From Mycobacteriales bacterium (GTDB lineage: Bacteria; Actinomycetota; Actinomycetes; JAFAQI01), in contig DASZPL010000139.1 in assembly GCA_035550315.1 (NCBI GenBank), forward strand, positions 11,812 through 75,811: a DNA stretch of 64,000 bases, written 5' to 3'. A program made the position numbers and the translations under genes. The notes beneath the pieces are model-generated. The model did not search any database. It had not been told where the DNA came from and was given only the letters and a program-made list of their open reading frames with translations. Positions 28,247 through 37,430 of the stretch are shown here, in pieces. Every line of letters starts with the position of its first letter. Position 1 is the first letter of the stretch.

Positions 28247-28753
28247 GTGGCGTCACCACCGTTGCCCACCGACCCAATCACCGAAGCGCACCGCCAGTGG
28301 GTGGCGCACGGCTGGGGTGCGGCGGCGGACGGCATGGCCGCCGTCACCTCAATCATGCGCGCGCAGCAGATCATGCAGGCGCGCGTCGACCAGGTGCTGC
28401 GGCCGCACGGTGTGACGTTCGCGCGCTACGAGTTGTTGATGCTGCTGCTGTTCAGCCGTCGCGGCGCGCTGCCGATCAACCGGACCAGTGCCCGGCTGCA
28501 GGTGCATCCGACGAGCATGACCAACGCCATCGACCGGCTCGAGGGCGCCGGCCTGGTTGAGCGGCAACCGCACCCGACGGACCGGCGCATCACGTTGGTT
28601 GCAATTACCGATGCCGGCCGCAAGTTGGCGCTGGCCGCGACAGTCGACCTCAACGCCGCCGTGTTCGAACAGCCGGACCTGTCGGACCGGCAGCTTGCCG
28701 CGCTCGTAGCCAGCATCACGGAGCTGCGACGCCGCGCCGGCGACTTCGCCTGA
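28247..28753 (+). CDS. MarR-family transcriptional regulator
   Basis: 168 aa. Winged-helix block FARYELLMLL...LQVHPTSMTNAIDRLEGAGLVERQPHPTDRR. GTG start. Confidence 0.85.
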   Translation: MASPPLPTDPITEAHRQWVAHGWGAAADGMAAVTSIMRAQQIMQARVDQVLRPHGVTFARYELLMLLLFSRRGALPINRTSARLQVHPTSMTNAIDRLEGAGLVERQPHPTDRRITLVAITDAGRKLALAATVDLNAAVFEQPDLSDRQLAALVASITELRRRAGDFA

Positions 28754-28783
28754 CCTACGCGATCCTCACGCAGTCGAGGCGGC

Positions 28784-29863
28784 TCATCGTTCCCAGTGCA
28801 CCGGGATCCCGTGTGGTGAGACGGCGCCAAGGATCCGTCGCTCGCCGCCCGGCCAGGTCGTCAGCGCTACCAGAAACTCGTGGGGACGATCGGCGGCGCG
28901 TCGCTCCGGCTCGAACGACAAACGGGCGAAGCGTCGGTCGGACGTCGCGTCGGCTACCAACGCATCGATCGCGGCGGCAAGGGCGGCCCGCTGCGGGCGG
29001 TCGAGGTACTGCTGGAAGACCGAATGCCACAGCACGGTCCACGTGCCGTTCACGAGGGTGGCCGCGCCAACCGTGTCGGTCGCCGGCTCGGCGCGCACGT
29101 CGACCGGGATCTGCCGAGCGAGCTCGATCGCGCCGCGCAGCCGGATGAGCCGCTCCACCTGATCCGGCCACACGTAGGCCGCGAGCATCAGCTGGCCGGA
29201 CTCGGTGGTCGGGTCGATCGGCGTCAGGTCGCCGCCACGGCGACTGACGACCTCGATCACGCTGTCGGGCGGCGGCACACCCTGCCACGCCATGCCCAAC
29301 TGCACCGGTGATGCCGGGTCACCGTGGGGGGTTCCGCGGCCGTCGATGCGAAACCGATCGGCCCGCAGGTTGAGGCCAGCGCTGGTCCCGATTTCCACGA
29401 GCCGGATCGGCAGGGCGGCTTCGTCGCAGATGTGCCGGAGCCCACCCACCAGGGCAGCCCCGCGGCCGACCTCGTTGGTCTGCGGAGGCCGCAGCAACCA
29501 CTCGCGAATCCGGTCGGTCTCGCTCTCCAGCAACCCCGCCACGGCACGCCATGCGTCCTCGCCGCCGGGGCCGCGATCCGCGGTCCCGCCGACCGAGGGA
29601 AAGTACGGCGCGACCTGTGGCGCGAGGCCTTCCAACACCATCCCGTGCACGCCACCCATCAGGCGCAGGGCGAGTGCGCTCGGGCCGGGGTCTTGGAAGT
29701 GGCCATCGAGGACGGTGGCGGTGATGCCATCGGCGAGTACGTCCGACGCGGCGTGACGGATCAGTTCGCCGTACATCGCGCTTCCCATCGCGATGCACGC
29801 GTCCGCCTGCTGATGAAAGATCCGGGCGGTCCGCGACCGCGGATCTTCCGCGGTCTGAGTCAC
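28784..29863 (-). CDS. DUF2332-family protein
   Basis: Blocks LALRLMGGVHGMVL and VEIGTSAGLNL parallel those of 19192..20265. The GTG start overlaps the TetR stop (GTGA). Confidence 0.7.
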   Translation of the reverse strand: MTQTAEDPRSRTARIFHQQADACIAMGSAMYGELIRHAASDVLADGITATVLDGHFQDPGPSALALRLMGGVHGMVLEGLAPQVAPYFPSVGGTADRGPGGEDAWRAVAGLLESETDRIREWLLRPPQTNEVGRGAALVGGLRHICDEAALPIRLVEIGTSAGLNLRADRFRIDGRGTPHGDPASPVQLGMAWQGVPPPDSVIEVVSRRGGDLTPIDPTTESGQLMLAAYVWPDQVERLIRLRGAIELARQIPVDVRAEPATDTVGAATLVNGTWTVLWHSVFQQYLDRPQRAALAAAIDALVADATSDRRFARLSFEPERRAADRPHEFLVALTTWPGGERRILGAVSPHGIPVHWER

Positions 29864-30483
29864 GGCAGCAACCGGTCGAGCAGCGCGGCGAGCCCGAGCT
29901 CGAACGTCGCCTCGTGGTCCGGCAGTTCGGAGAGCGCCTGGATCAGTGCCTGGTCGCTGTCCGCCGGCCAGGCGCCGGGGTCGGTCACACCGGTCGTCGG
30001 ACCGCGTTCGGCGGTGCGTTGCATCAGCACCGACGACGCCACGTGATGCTGCAGCGCCCTAATCAGCGGCGCGGCGGCGGCGCCGGTCAGGCCGATGCCG
30101 GCAAGCTCCTCGGCGATCTGCGCCTGCATCGGCTGGAACATCCGCGCGGTCTTGCCTCGGGCGTGCGCCAGGCCGATCAGGTGCGGGTGCTCCCAGAGCC
30201 GACGGCGCCACTGCCGCGCGATCGACGTCAGCCGCACCGTGGTAGTTGCGCCGGAGACTCGGACCCGGCCCAGGTCGGCAAGCAACCGGTCGACCAGCAG
30301 GTCGAGCAGCGCATCGCGGTTGCCGACGTGCCAGTAGATCGCGGTGACCGCCGTACCCAGCTCGGCGGCCAGCCGGCGCATCGTGAGTGCGCTGATGTCA
30401 TCGGCCTCGACCAGTCGCGCTGCGGCGTCGACGACGAGGTCGCGGGTGAGCGGCTGGTCCCGAGCGCGTGCCGGTTGGCTCAC
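29860..30483 (-). CDS. TetR-family transcriptional regulator (embedded in operon)
   Basis: 3' part of ORF 29860..31572, from GTG 30483 (VSQPARARDQPLTRDLVVDAAARLVEADDISALTMRRLAAELGTAVTAIYWHV...). 4-nt overlaps on both sides. Confidence 0.85.
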   Translation of the reverse strand: MSQPARARDQPLTRDLVVDAAARLVEADDISALTMRRLAAELGTAVTAIYWHVGNRDALLDLLVDRLLADLGRVRVSGATTTVRLTSIARQWRRRLWEHPHLIGLAHARGKTARMFQPMQAQIAEELAGIGLTGAAAAPLIRALQHHVASSVLMQRTAERGPTTGVTDPGAWPADSDQALIQALSELPDHEATFELGLAALLDRLLP

Positions 30484-31751
30484 CCCGGCACGGGTGCGAG
30501 TGGGAAGTCGTGGCCGGTCAGCCAGTGCCGGCCGACCTCGCGGTGACCCGCCCACCGCTCGACGTTGGCGGCATCGTCCACCTGGCCGAGCGACTCGGGT
30601 GTCACGTTGATCCGCTCGGCGTGCGGTCGCAGCGACGCCAGGTCGAAGCCGTAGACCTCGGCCGCGGCCTCGCCGATCATCCGGCGGGTCTCCGCGATGG
30701 GGACGTCGTGGTAGGTCTTCGCCAGCCACTCCCGGGAGTGCGGCCAGGTGCCCTCGGGATGCGGGAAGTCGTTGCCCCACAACATGTTGTCGAGCCCGAT
30801 CTCGTAACGCATGCCGATCTCGCGCCGCTTCGTGTTGGACGAGCCGATGAAGCAGTTGCGGTCGAACAACTCGCTCGGCAACGTGCTGATCCCGAGCGAC
30901 GCCAGCTTCTCCGCGCCCTTCTGGCCCAGGAACAGCCGGTCCCAGAACCACAGCAGGCCGGGCACCCACCAGCAGCCCGCCTCGGTGACGCCGAACCGCA
31001 GCTTCGGGAACCGCTCGAAGACACCGGACCACAACATGAACCAGAGCGGACGCGCCGGCCACCACACGACCTCGGTCACGTAGATGCCGAGGTGGTCGTC
31101 GTAGGAGTCCTTGTCCGCCGGCCCGCTGTGCGTCACGACCGGCATCGCAAGCTCCTCGCACAGCTGCCACACCGGGTCGTAGCGACGCGAATGGTAGGGC
31201 TCGGCGTGCATCCACATCGCCGGGATCATGACGGCGCGCAGCCCGGAGTCGTAGGCGCGCCGGATCTCGCCGAGCACGTCGTCGAGGTCGGCCGTGATCT
31301 GCACGAGGGCGGCGCCGCGGCGCCGTTCCGGTGCGTCGGCGCAGAGCTCGGCGAGCCACCGGTTGTGCGCCCGCGCACCGGCCAGGCCAAGCTCCGGATC
31401 GAGGTCGCCGGACAGGCCGAGACCGACACCGAACGGCGCGCAGGTGCGGCTCTCGACGGCGTCGGCGTCCGGGAAGATCACTTCGGCGGTGATGCCGTCG
31501 TTGTCCATCTCCTTGTTGCGCCGCTGCGCATCCCAGCCGCCCTCGAGACCCTCCTCGTTCTCGGCGAACCACTTCTCGGCGAACGCCTTGTCGGACGTCC
31601 CCATCTTGTGGATCTCCTCGACCGCCTGGTCACGACCGGCAAGGAACTCGTCGAACGCGGGCCAGTACTTCTGCTCGAGGTGGTCGCGGTAGAGCGGCGT
31701 CGGCAGGCCCGCGTGTGCGTCAGCGGAGATGACGGTGTACGGCTCGGTCAT
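30480..31751 (-). CDS. Amidohydrolase-family metal-dependent hydrolase
   Basis: From ATG 31751 (MTEPYTVISADAHAGLP...). GITAEVIFPD, AHNRWLAELC, NDFPHPEGTWP. Paralog of 33433..34677. Confidence 0.85.
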   Translation of the reverse strand: MTEPYTVISADAHAGLPTPLYRDHLEQKYWPAFDEFLAGRDQAVEEIHKMGTSDKAFAEKWFAENEEGLEGGWDAQRRNKEMDNDGITAEVIFPDADAVESRTCAPFGVGLGLSGDLDPELGLAGARAHNRWLAELCADAPERRRGAALVQITADLDDVLGEIRRAYDSGLRAVMIPAMWMHAEPYHSRRYDPVWQLCEELAMPVVTHSGPADKDSYDDHLGIYVTEVVWWPARPLWFMLWSGVFERFPKLRFGVTEAGCWWVPGLLWFWDRLFLGQKGAEKLASLGISTLPSELFDRNCFIGSSNTKRREIGMRYEIGLDNMLWGNDFPHPEGTWPHSREWLAKTYHDVPIAETRRMIGEAAAEVYGFDLASLRPHAERINVTPESLGQVDDAANVERWAGHREVGRHWLTGHDFPLAPVPG

Positions 31752-31761
31752 GTCTGCTCCT

Positions 31762-32637
31762 TCAGCCCGGGACGGCGCGGAGGTAGTCGGGGTTGCTGCG
31801 CGCGAGGATGGAGTCGGTGCGGGCCCGCAGCGCATCGTCGGTGCGCGGGTTGGCGGGGTGGATCCAGAACGTGTCGGCGCGGATGCCGGCGACGACCGCG
31901 TCGGCAACCTCTGCCGGCTCGGTGTAGGCGATCGGCACACCGGCGGCCTTCATCTGTTGCTCGAGCTCGTCGACGGTGACGTACGGCGTGACCCGCGGCC
32001 GGGTCTTCGCGAACCGGTCGGGCCGGGAACGCCACGACTCGAACAGGCCGGTCCGCAGCATGTGCGGCCCGGGGAAGAGCACCGACGCCGACAGCTGGGT
32101 GTCCTGCAACTGGCCGTAGAGGCACTCGGTGATCGTCACGACCGCCGCCTTGGTGGCGGCGTACTGCGGCGTGGACGGCATCGGCGAGATCCCACCGTTG
32201 CCGCTGGAGGTGTTGACGACGTGGCCCTCGTCACCTTGCGCCAGCATCGTCGGCAGGAACGCGTTGATGCCGTGGATGACGCCCCAGACGTTGACGGCGA
32301 TCGCCCACTCCCAGTCCCGGAGCTCGTGCTCCCAGATCGGTCCTTCGGCACCGGCGCCGATCCCCGCGTTGTTGCAGACGACGTGCACCGCGCCGTACTT
32401 CTGCAGCGCGGCGTCGCGCAGCGCGACCACGGAGTCGAAGGTCGTGACGTCGGTCGGCACGCCGATCACGTCGAGCCCGGCGTCGGTCAACTCGTCGACC
32501 GCAGCCTGCAACGGACCGTCCTGCACGTCGGCGAGCACGACCTTCATGCCGGCCCGGCCAAACGCCTCCCCCATCGCTCGGCCGATGCCGCCGGCCCCGC
32601 CGGTCACCACGGCCACGCGGCCGTTGAGCTCTTTCAC
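31762..32637 (-). CDS. SDR-family oxidoreductase with C-terminal extension
   Basis: From GTG 32637 (VKELNGRVAVVTGGAGGIGRA...). NNAG and YAATK catalytic motifs. Starts 1 nt after the ADC stop. Confidence 0.85.
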   Translation of the reverse strand: MKELNGRVAVVTGGAGGIGRAMGEAFGRAGMKVVLADVQDGPLQAAVDELTDAGLDVIGVPTDVTTFDSVVALRDAALQKYGAVHVVCNNAGIGAGAEGPIWEHELRDWEWAIAVNVWGVIHGINAFLPTMLAQGDEGHVVNTSSGNGGISPMPSTPQYAATKAAVVTITECLYGQLQDTQLSASVLFPGPHMLRTGLFESWRSRPDRFAKTRPRVTPYVTVDELEQQMKAAGVPIAYTEPAEVADAVVAGIRADTFWIHPANPRTDDALRARTDSILARSNPDYLRAVPG

Positions 32638-32638
32638 C

Positions 32639-33421
32639 TCAGTCGGATCCCACCGGGGACAGATCGTCGTAGCGCTGGTGCACGTACGGTGCGATCCAGT
32701 CGGCCGGCACGGATGCGACCACCTCGCCGGTCTGCACGCTCGACCGCTCGGCGAGCTCGATGCTGCGCAGCCGATGCACCGGCAGGTCGGCGACCGGGTC
32801 GAAGCGAGACTCTCGCAACACCACGTCGCCTTCCACCCGCCAGAGGCTCTTGGTCTTCTCGTCGCGGTGGCAGTAGACCAGCGCCGGGTCGCCGTCGAAG
32901 CCCTTGCCGCCGACCGACGGCAGGAACTTGAGGTAGAAGCTGGTCCGCCGCCGATCAGGGGTCGGCGCCAGCTCTTCGACAACCTTGCCGGTGACCTCGA
33001 CGAACGTCACGCCCATCCGCGCGAACCAGCCGCGCACCGCGTCGCCGTCGCGTTGCAGCGCGACCTCGGCGAGCTTCTTCGGCTCGCCGAACGTCTCGCG
33101 GCCGCCGATCACCGCCTGCTCGGTCGTCATCGGCATGACCAGCGCGTAGTCGCCGTCGACCCCCTCATGCGACGCGTGCACCGCAAAGGTCCCGGCGCCG
33201 AAGACCGGATAGCCGCGACCGACGTCCACCGTCGCGATCGTCACCCGCACCAGCGGCTCCGCTGGCGGCGTCAGCGGCGGCGGCAGCACGGCCGCGACCG
33301 CGGCGGCATCGGTCTCGTACGTCGCGACCAGCGTGGTCGCCCAGGTGTCGACCTTCGTCGCCTCCACCTCACGGTTGCGCATCTCGTCGAGCGAGCGTGC
33401 GGCGTACCGGACCTTGGTCAC
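32639..33421 (-). CDS. Acetoacetate decarboxylase (ADC)-family protein
   Basis: From GTG 33421, preceded by AGGAGG. Adjacent lysines in FGEPKKLAEV, as in the ADC active site. Beta-rich composition. Confidence 0.75.
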   Translation of the reverse strand: MTKVRYAARSLDEMRNREVEATKVDTWATTLVATYETDAAAVAAVLPPPLTPPAEPLVRVTIATVDVGRGYPVFGAGTFAVHASHEGVDGDYALVMPMTTEQAVIGGRETFGEPKKLAEVALQRDGDAVRGWFARMGVTFVEVTGKVVEELAPTPDRRRTSFYLKFLPSVGGKGFDGDPALVYCHRDEKTKSLWRVEGDVVLRESRFDPVADLPVHRLRSIELAERSSVQTGEVVASVPADWIAPYVHQRYDDLSPVGSD

Positions 33422-33432
33422 TTCGACACCTC

Positions 33433-34677
33433 CTAGCTGGCTCGCTGGCCGAAGCCAACGAGGGCGGGGCATTTCTCCGCCTCTGGCGGCAGGCTCTGTG
33501 GTGGCAGCGGCGCCGCGACATCCGTCACCTTGGGACCGAGCGCGTCGCCGAGCGGCCGCAGCGCGTCGAGGTCGAAGCCATAGGTGCGGGCCGCGTTGTC
33601 GGCGAGCATCAGCTGGACCTCGGTCGGGTCGACGCCGGCAAAGGCGGCCCGCAGCGCCTCCAACGTGTAGGGGTGGCTGCCTTCCTTGTGCGGGTAGTCA
33701 CTGCCCCACATGATCTTGTCGACGCCGACGGCCTGGCGCAGCTTGACCTCGTCCGGCCGGATGAACGATGACCCGACCGAACACTGCCGCGCCCAGTACT
33801 CGCTGGGCAGCATCTGCATCCGGTCGACGATCGGCAGCGCCCACTCGGCCTCCTGCGAGCCGGTGGCGTTGCGGAACCGATCGAAGAAGTAGTCCAGCCG
33901 CGCCAGTTCTTCGGGGATCCACGCGGTGCCCTGCTCGGTGAGTACCAGCCGCAAGCCCGGGTGCCGCGCGAACGCGCCGGAGACCACCAGGTGGGTGAAC
34001 GCGCGGTGCGCCCACCACGTCACCTCGAGGATCAAGATGACCTTGTCCTCCGGCTCGTCGTCGGCAGCCGGCGCGGCGCTTCCGCTGTGATGGTTGAGTG
34101 GTACGTCGAGCTCCTCGCAGACCGCCCAGAGCGGCTCGTAGTACTTCGGGTCGTACAGCGGCGGCAACCCGGAACCGGGCGGTGCACCCGGCAGCAGCAC
34201 GCCACCGGTCAGCCCGTTGGCCTTCGCCCAGCGGATCTCGGCGACCGACGCGTCGATGTCGTGCAGCGTGATCTGCGCGATCCCCGCCCGCCGGCCGGGC
34301 AGCTGCCCGCAGAAGTCTGCCAACCAGCGGTTGTGTGCCTGTAGGCCGGCCCACCGTGCCTCCAGGTCGCCGGCGTTGGCGGGCGGCGGCTGCTCGGTCA
34401 GGCTGGCTTTCGGGAAGAACGGCGGCACCGTGTTGGGGAAGATCACCTCGGCGACGATGCCGTCAGCCTCGAGCTCGTCGCGCCGGCGGTCGGAGTCCCA
34501 GTTGCGGTCGCCGTCCGGACCCTTCATGTCCTCGTACGGGATCTCGTAGGTCGCGGCCCACGCGTCGAACTCGTCGTGCCACCTGCGCGCGAGATACGGC
34601 TTGTAGTCGGTGATGTTGCCGCCGCCGTGACAGTCCGCCGAGATGACGAGGTAACGCTCGTCGGTCGTCGCCGGCAT
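33433..34677 (-). CDS. Amidohydrolase-family metal-dependent hydrolase
   Basis: 414 aa. MPATTDERYLVISADCHGGGN, GIVAEVIFPN, AHNRWLADFC, SDYPHKEGSHP. First gene of the operon. Confidence 0.85.
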   Translation of the reverse strand: MPATTDERYLVISADCHGGGNITDYKPYLARRWHDEFDAWAATYEIPYEDMKGPDGDRNWDSDRRRDELEADGIVAEVIFPNTVPPFFPKASLTEQPPPANAGDLEARWAGLQAHNRWLADFCGQLPGRRAGIAQITLHDIDASVAEIRWAKANGLTGGVLLPGAPPGSGLPPLYDPKYYEPLWAVCEELDVPLNHHSGSAAPAADDEPEDKVILILEVTWWAHRAFTHLVVSGAFARHPGLRLVLTEQGTAWIPEELARLDYFFDRFRNATGSQEAEWALPIVDRMQMLPSEYWARQCSVGSSFIRPDEVKLRQAVGVDKIMWGSDYPHKEGSHPYTLEALRAAFAGVDPTEVQLMLADNAARTYGFDLDALRPLGDALGPKVTDVAAPLPPQSLPPEAEKCPALVGFGQRAS

Positions 34678-34700
34678 CGCGGCCCTCCCGCCGTACGGCT

Positions 34701-34717
34701 ATGTAACGGCGTTACAT
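34701..34717. promoter_or_regulatory. Perfect 17-bp palindrome ATGTAACGGCGTTACAT (candidate TetR operator)
   Basis: 7-bp arms with a 3-nt centre, 24 nt upstream of the ATG (34677) of the first gene of an operon that encodes its own TetR. AT-rich arms stand out against the background. Confidence 0.5.
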
Positions 34718-34751
34718 TACCGCCCGGACCGGGGCTGTCAATGCCGCGAAG

Positions 34752-35081
34752 TCACGGCTCCGGCCAGATCACCGTGTCGCGGTCGAGGTAGTAGTCGAAG
34801 GCCAGTGGTGTGCACTCGCGGTCGAGCACCCACTTCAGGAACTGCTGGTGCACCGGATGCTGCTGGTAGGCGACCAGCGCGTCGACGTCCGCCACTTCCA
34901 TGTAGAGCAGGTACTGGTAGCCGCGCGTGCGTTCGGTGTTGATCGACGCACCCAGCCGGATGTGATCGATGCCGCCGATCTCGGAGGGCCAGCTGCGCAC
35001 CATCCGCTGCATCTCGGCCCAGTCCGCCGCGTCGAGGTCCTCGGGAAAGCTGAAAAGTACGACGTGCTGAAGCGTCACCAT
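34752..35081 (-). CDS. Dabb (stress-responsive alpha/beta-barrel) family protein
   Basis: From ATG 35081 (MVTLQHVVLFSF...), preceded by GAAGGAG. HPVHQQF motif. Confidence 0.75.
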   Translation of the reverse strand: MVTLQHVVLFSFPEDLDAADWAEMQRMVRSWPSEIGGIDHIRLGASINTERTRGYQYLLYMEVADVDALVAYQQHPVHQQFLKWVLDRECTPLAFDYYLDRDTVIWPEP

Positions 35082-35088
35082 GACTCCT

Positions 35089-35652
35089 TCACGGTGCGGC
35101 CCGCGGCGCAACCGGTGCCGGGCCCTCGGCGACGTCGAGCAGCGCCGCGGTCACCGCCTTCGGCGGCATCTCCGCGAGCGAGAGGAAGGTCTCGGTGCGC
35201 TGCAGTCCCTCGATCTGCCACACCTGCTCGAGCAACAGTTGCCGCAGGTGGGCGTGGTCGCGAACCCGCACCTTCGCGAGCATGTCGATCGAGCCGGTGA
35301 TCACGATGATGTCCTCAACCTCTGGCAGCTCCCGCAGCGCCGCCATGATCGGCGCCTGCTCGGCACCCTGGACGGCGCTGACCGCGAGGTAGCAGGTGAC
35401 GTAGCCGAGCACCGCCCAGTCGACGGTCACGGCGTAGCCGCGGATCACGCCGGAGCGCTCCAGCCGTGCGATCCGCTCGCCGATGGCGGGCGGCGACATC
35501 CGCAGCTCGCGGGCCAGTCGGCGCTGGGAGATCCGCGCATCGGCCGACAGCAGCGCGAGTAGCCGGCGGTCGACGGCATCGATCTCGACCGCTGGAGCGG
35601 CCGGCGCGGCCACTGCGGCAAGGCCGGACAACGGAGTCGGGGACTTCCTCAT
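35089..35652 (-). CDS. Lrp/AsnC-family transcriptional regulator
   Basis: IDAVDRRLLALLSADARISQRRLARELRMSPPAIGERIARLERSGVIRGY HTH followed by a RAM-like domain. Divergent from the aminotransferase operon. Confidence 0.9.
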   Translation of the reverse strand: MRKSPTPLSGLAAVAAPAAPAVEIDAVDRRLLALLSADARISQRRLARELRMSPPAIGERIARLERSGVIRGYAVTVDWAVLGYVTCYLAVSAVQGAEQAPIMAALRELPEVEDIIVITGSIDMLAKVRVRDHAHLRQLLLEQVWQIEGLQRTETFLSLAEMPPKAVTAALLDVAEGPAPVAPRAAP

Positions 35653-35719
35653 TGGAAGCTCAGCCCCCCTTCTCGCTTGTCACATAGCATCGAGATTCGT
35701 AGAGTACCTCGCACATGAT

Positions 35720-37003
35720 GTGCGAATCGCGGGTTGGAGCCTTCACTTGACCAATCCGGCCTTGGCCGATCCGGCGCCCGTGGCGCCGGTCGACCCGACC
35801 GCGTTGCTGGTCGACCCGACGCTGTGGCCGGAGCGGTTCGCGCGCCGCGCCAGCCGCGGTGGCGACGAGCTCACCGCGATCCTGTCGCTGGCCGCAGCCA
35901 CGGACGTGATCACCTTCTCCGGCGGCTTTCCGGCGCCGGAGACCTTCCCGGTGGACGTCGTACGACAGCTCACCGAAGAGCTGCTCGCCGGCGACGCCGC
36001 GCTCGCGCTGCAGTACTCCCCGACCGAGGGCCTGCCGTTCGCGCGGGAAGCGATCACGCAGATGCTCGCGGACGGGCAGGGCCAGCGCCCCGAGGACGTC
36101 CTGGTCACCAGCGGCGGCATCGAGGCGTTGCAGCTGCTGGCACGCACGTTTGTGGAGCCGCGTGACCAGGTGCTGGTCGAGTCGCCGACCTACCTTGGCG
36201 CGATCATGGCGTTCAGCGGCTTCGAGGCCGACGTGCTCGGCATCGGCATGGACGAGGGCGGTCTGCGCGTCGACGAGCTGGAGGCGACGCTCGCGACCGG
36301 CCGGCGCCCCAAGCTGCTCTACGTCATCCCGGACCACCAGAACCCGACCGGACTCAGCCTCGCCGCCGACCGCCGCGCCGCGCTGGTCGAGGTCTGCCGG
36401 CGCTATGGCGTCCTCGTCGTCGAGGACGTCGCCTACCGCGAGCTCGGCTTCGACGGTCAGGCGGCACCCAGCCTGTGGTCGCTGGGCCCGGACGTGGTCG
36501 TGCAGATCGGCACGTTTTCGAAGGTCTTCATGCCCGGCGTGCGACTGGGTTGGGCGGTCGGTCCGGCGCCGGTCGTCAACGCGATGACGGCGGCCAAGCA
36601 AAACTCCGACCAATGCGCCGGCGCACTCGGCCAGATGCTGATGGCGAAGTACGTCGGGAGCGGCGGGCTGGCCCGCAACCTGGTCGGCGCCCGCGCGCTC
36701 TACCAGTCGCGGGCGAAGGCGATGACCGACGCGCTGGCCGCACACATGCCCAGCACCGTCCGCTGGACGCAGCCGCGGGGCGGCTTCTTCGTCTGGCTGA
36801 CCGCGGCGGCCGACGTCGACGCCCGCGAACTCGTGGCGCCGGCCGCCCGGCTGGGTGTCGCGTACGTGCCGGGCGCGCCGTTCTTCGCCGACGCCCAGGG
36901 CGACAACTGTTTCCGGCTGTCCTACAGCCGAGCCACCGAGACCGATATCGCCGAAGGCATCCGCCGACTCGGCGTCCTGCTCACTCCCGGAAGCGCGGCA
37001 TGA
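35720..37003 (+). CDS. PLP-dependent aminotransferase, class I/II fold (2-aminoadipate/MocR-catalytic-domain-like)
   Basis: FSGGFPAPETFP, QYSPTEGLP, PDHQNPTG, and PLP-lysine context GTFSKVFMPGVRLGW. Start GTG 35720 chosen (TTG 35747 possible). The 5' part of ORF 35483.. overlaps the Lrp gene. Confidence 0.85.
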   Translation: MRIAGWSLHLTNPALADPAPVAPVDPTALLVDPTLWPERFARRASRGGDELTAILSLAAATDVITFSGGFPAPETFPVDVVRQLTEELLAGDAALALQYSPTEGLPFAREAITQMLADGQGQRPEDVLVTSGGIEALQLLARTFVEPRDQVLVESPTYLGAIMAFSGFEADVLGIGMDEGGLRVDELEATLATGRRPKLLYVIPDHQNPTGLSLAADRRAALVEVCRRYGVLVVEDVAYRELGFDGQAAPSLWSLGPDVVVQIGTFSKVFMPGVRLGWAVGPAPVVNAMTAAKQNSDQCAGALGQMLMAKYVGSGGLARNLVGARALYQSRAKAMTDALAAHMPSTVRWTQPRGGFFVWLTAAADVDARELVAPAARLGVAYVPGAPFFADAQGDNCFRLSYSRATETDIAEGIRRLGVLLTPGSAA

Positions 37004-37422
37004 CCGACACCACGAACAACGCACATCTGCACTTCAGCACCGAGCCCGGCGGGGTCGCCGAGGCCGACGGGCGCTACGTCCGGGTCGACGAGATCGAGTC
37101 GGTCGAGTTCGTGCCCGGGCTCGCGTTCCAGCCCGTGCTCGGCGAGCGCTCGCTCGTCAACTTCGTGACCTTCGGCGAACACACGGAGGCTCCTCGGCAC
37201 ATGCACGCCGAAGAGCAGATCGTCATCGTCCTGGAAGGCGAGTTCGAGTTCGACCTGGACGGCGACGTCCGGACGATGCGCGCCGGCGACGTCGCCGTCG
37301 TACCGGCCTGGGTGCCGCACGGCGCCTGGACGAAGGACACCACCTGCCGAGAGGTCGACGTCTTCACGCCGCCTCGTCAGACGCTGCTCGACCACGCCCG
37401 GGCCCAGCGGCTGAAGAAGTAA
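37000..37422 (+). CDS. Cupin-domain protein
   Basis: 140 aa from ATG 37000 (ATGA overlap with the aminotransferase stop). Cupin motifs HMHAEEQIVIVLEG and GDVAVVPAWVPHG. Confidence 0.8.
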   Translation: MTDTTNNAHLHFSTEPGGVAEADGRYVRVDEIESVEFVPGLAFQPVLGERSLVNFVTFGEHTEAPRHMHAEEQIVIVLEGEFEFDLDGDVRTMRAGDVAVVPAWVPHGAWTKDTTCREVDVFTPPRQTLLDHARAQRLKK

Positions 37423-37430
37423 GGAACCTG

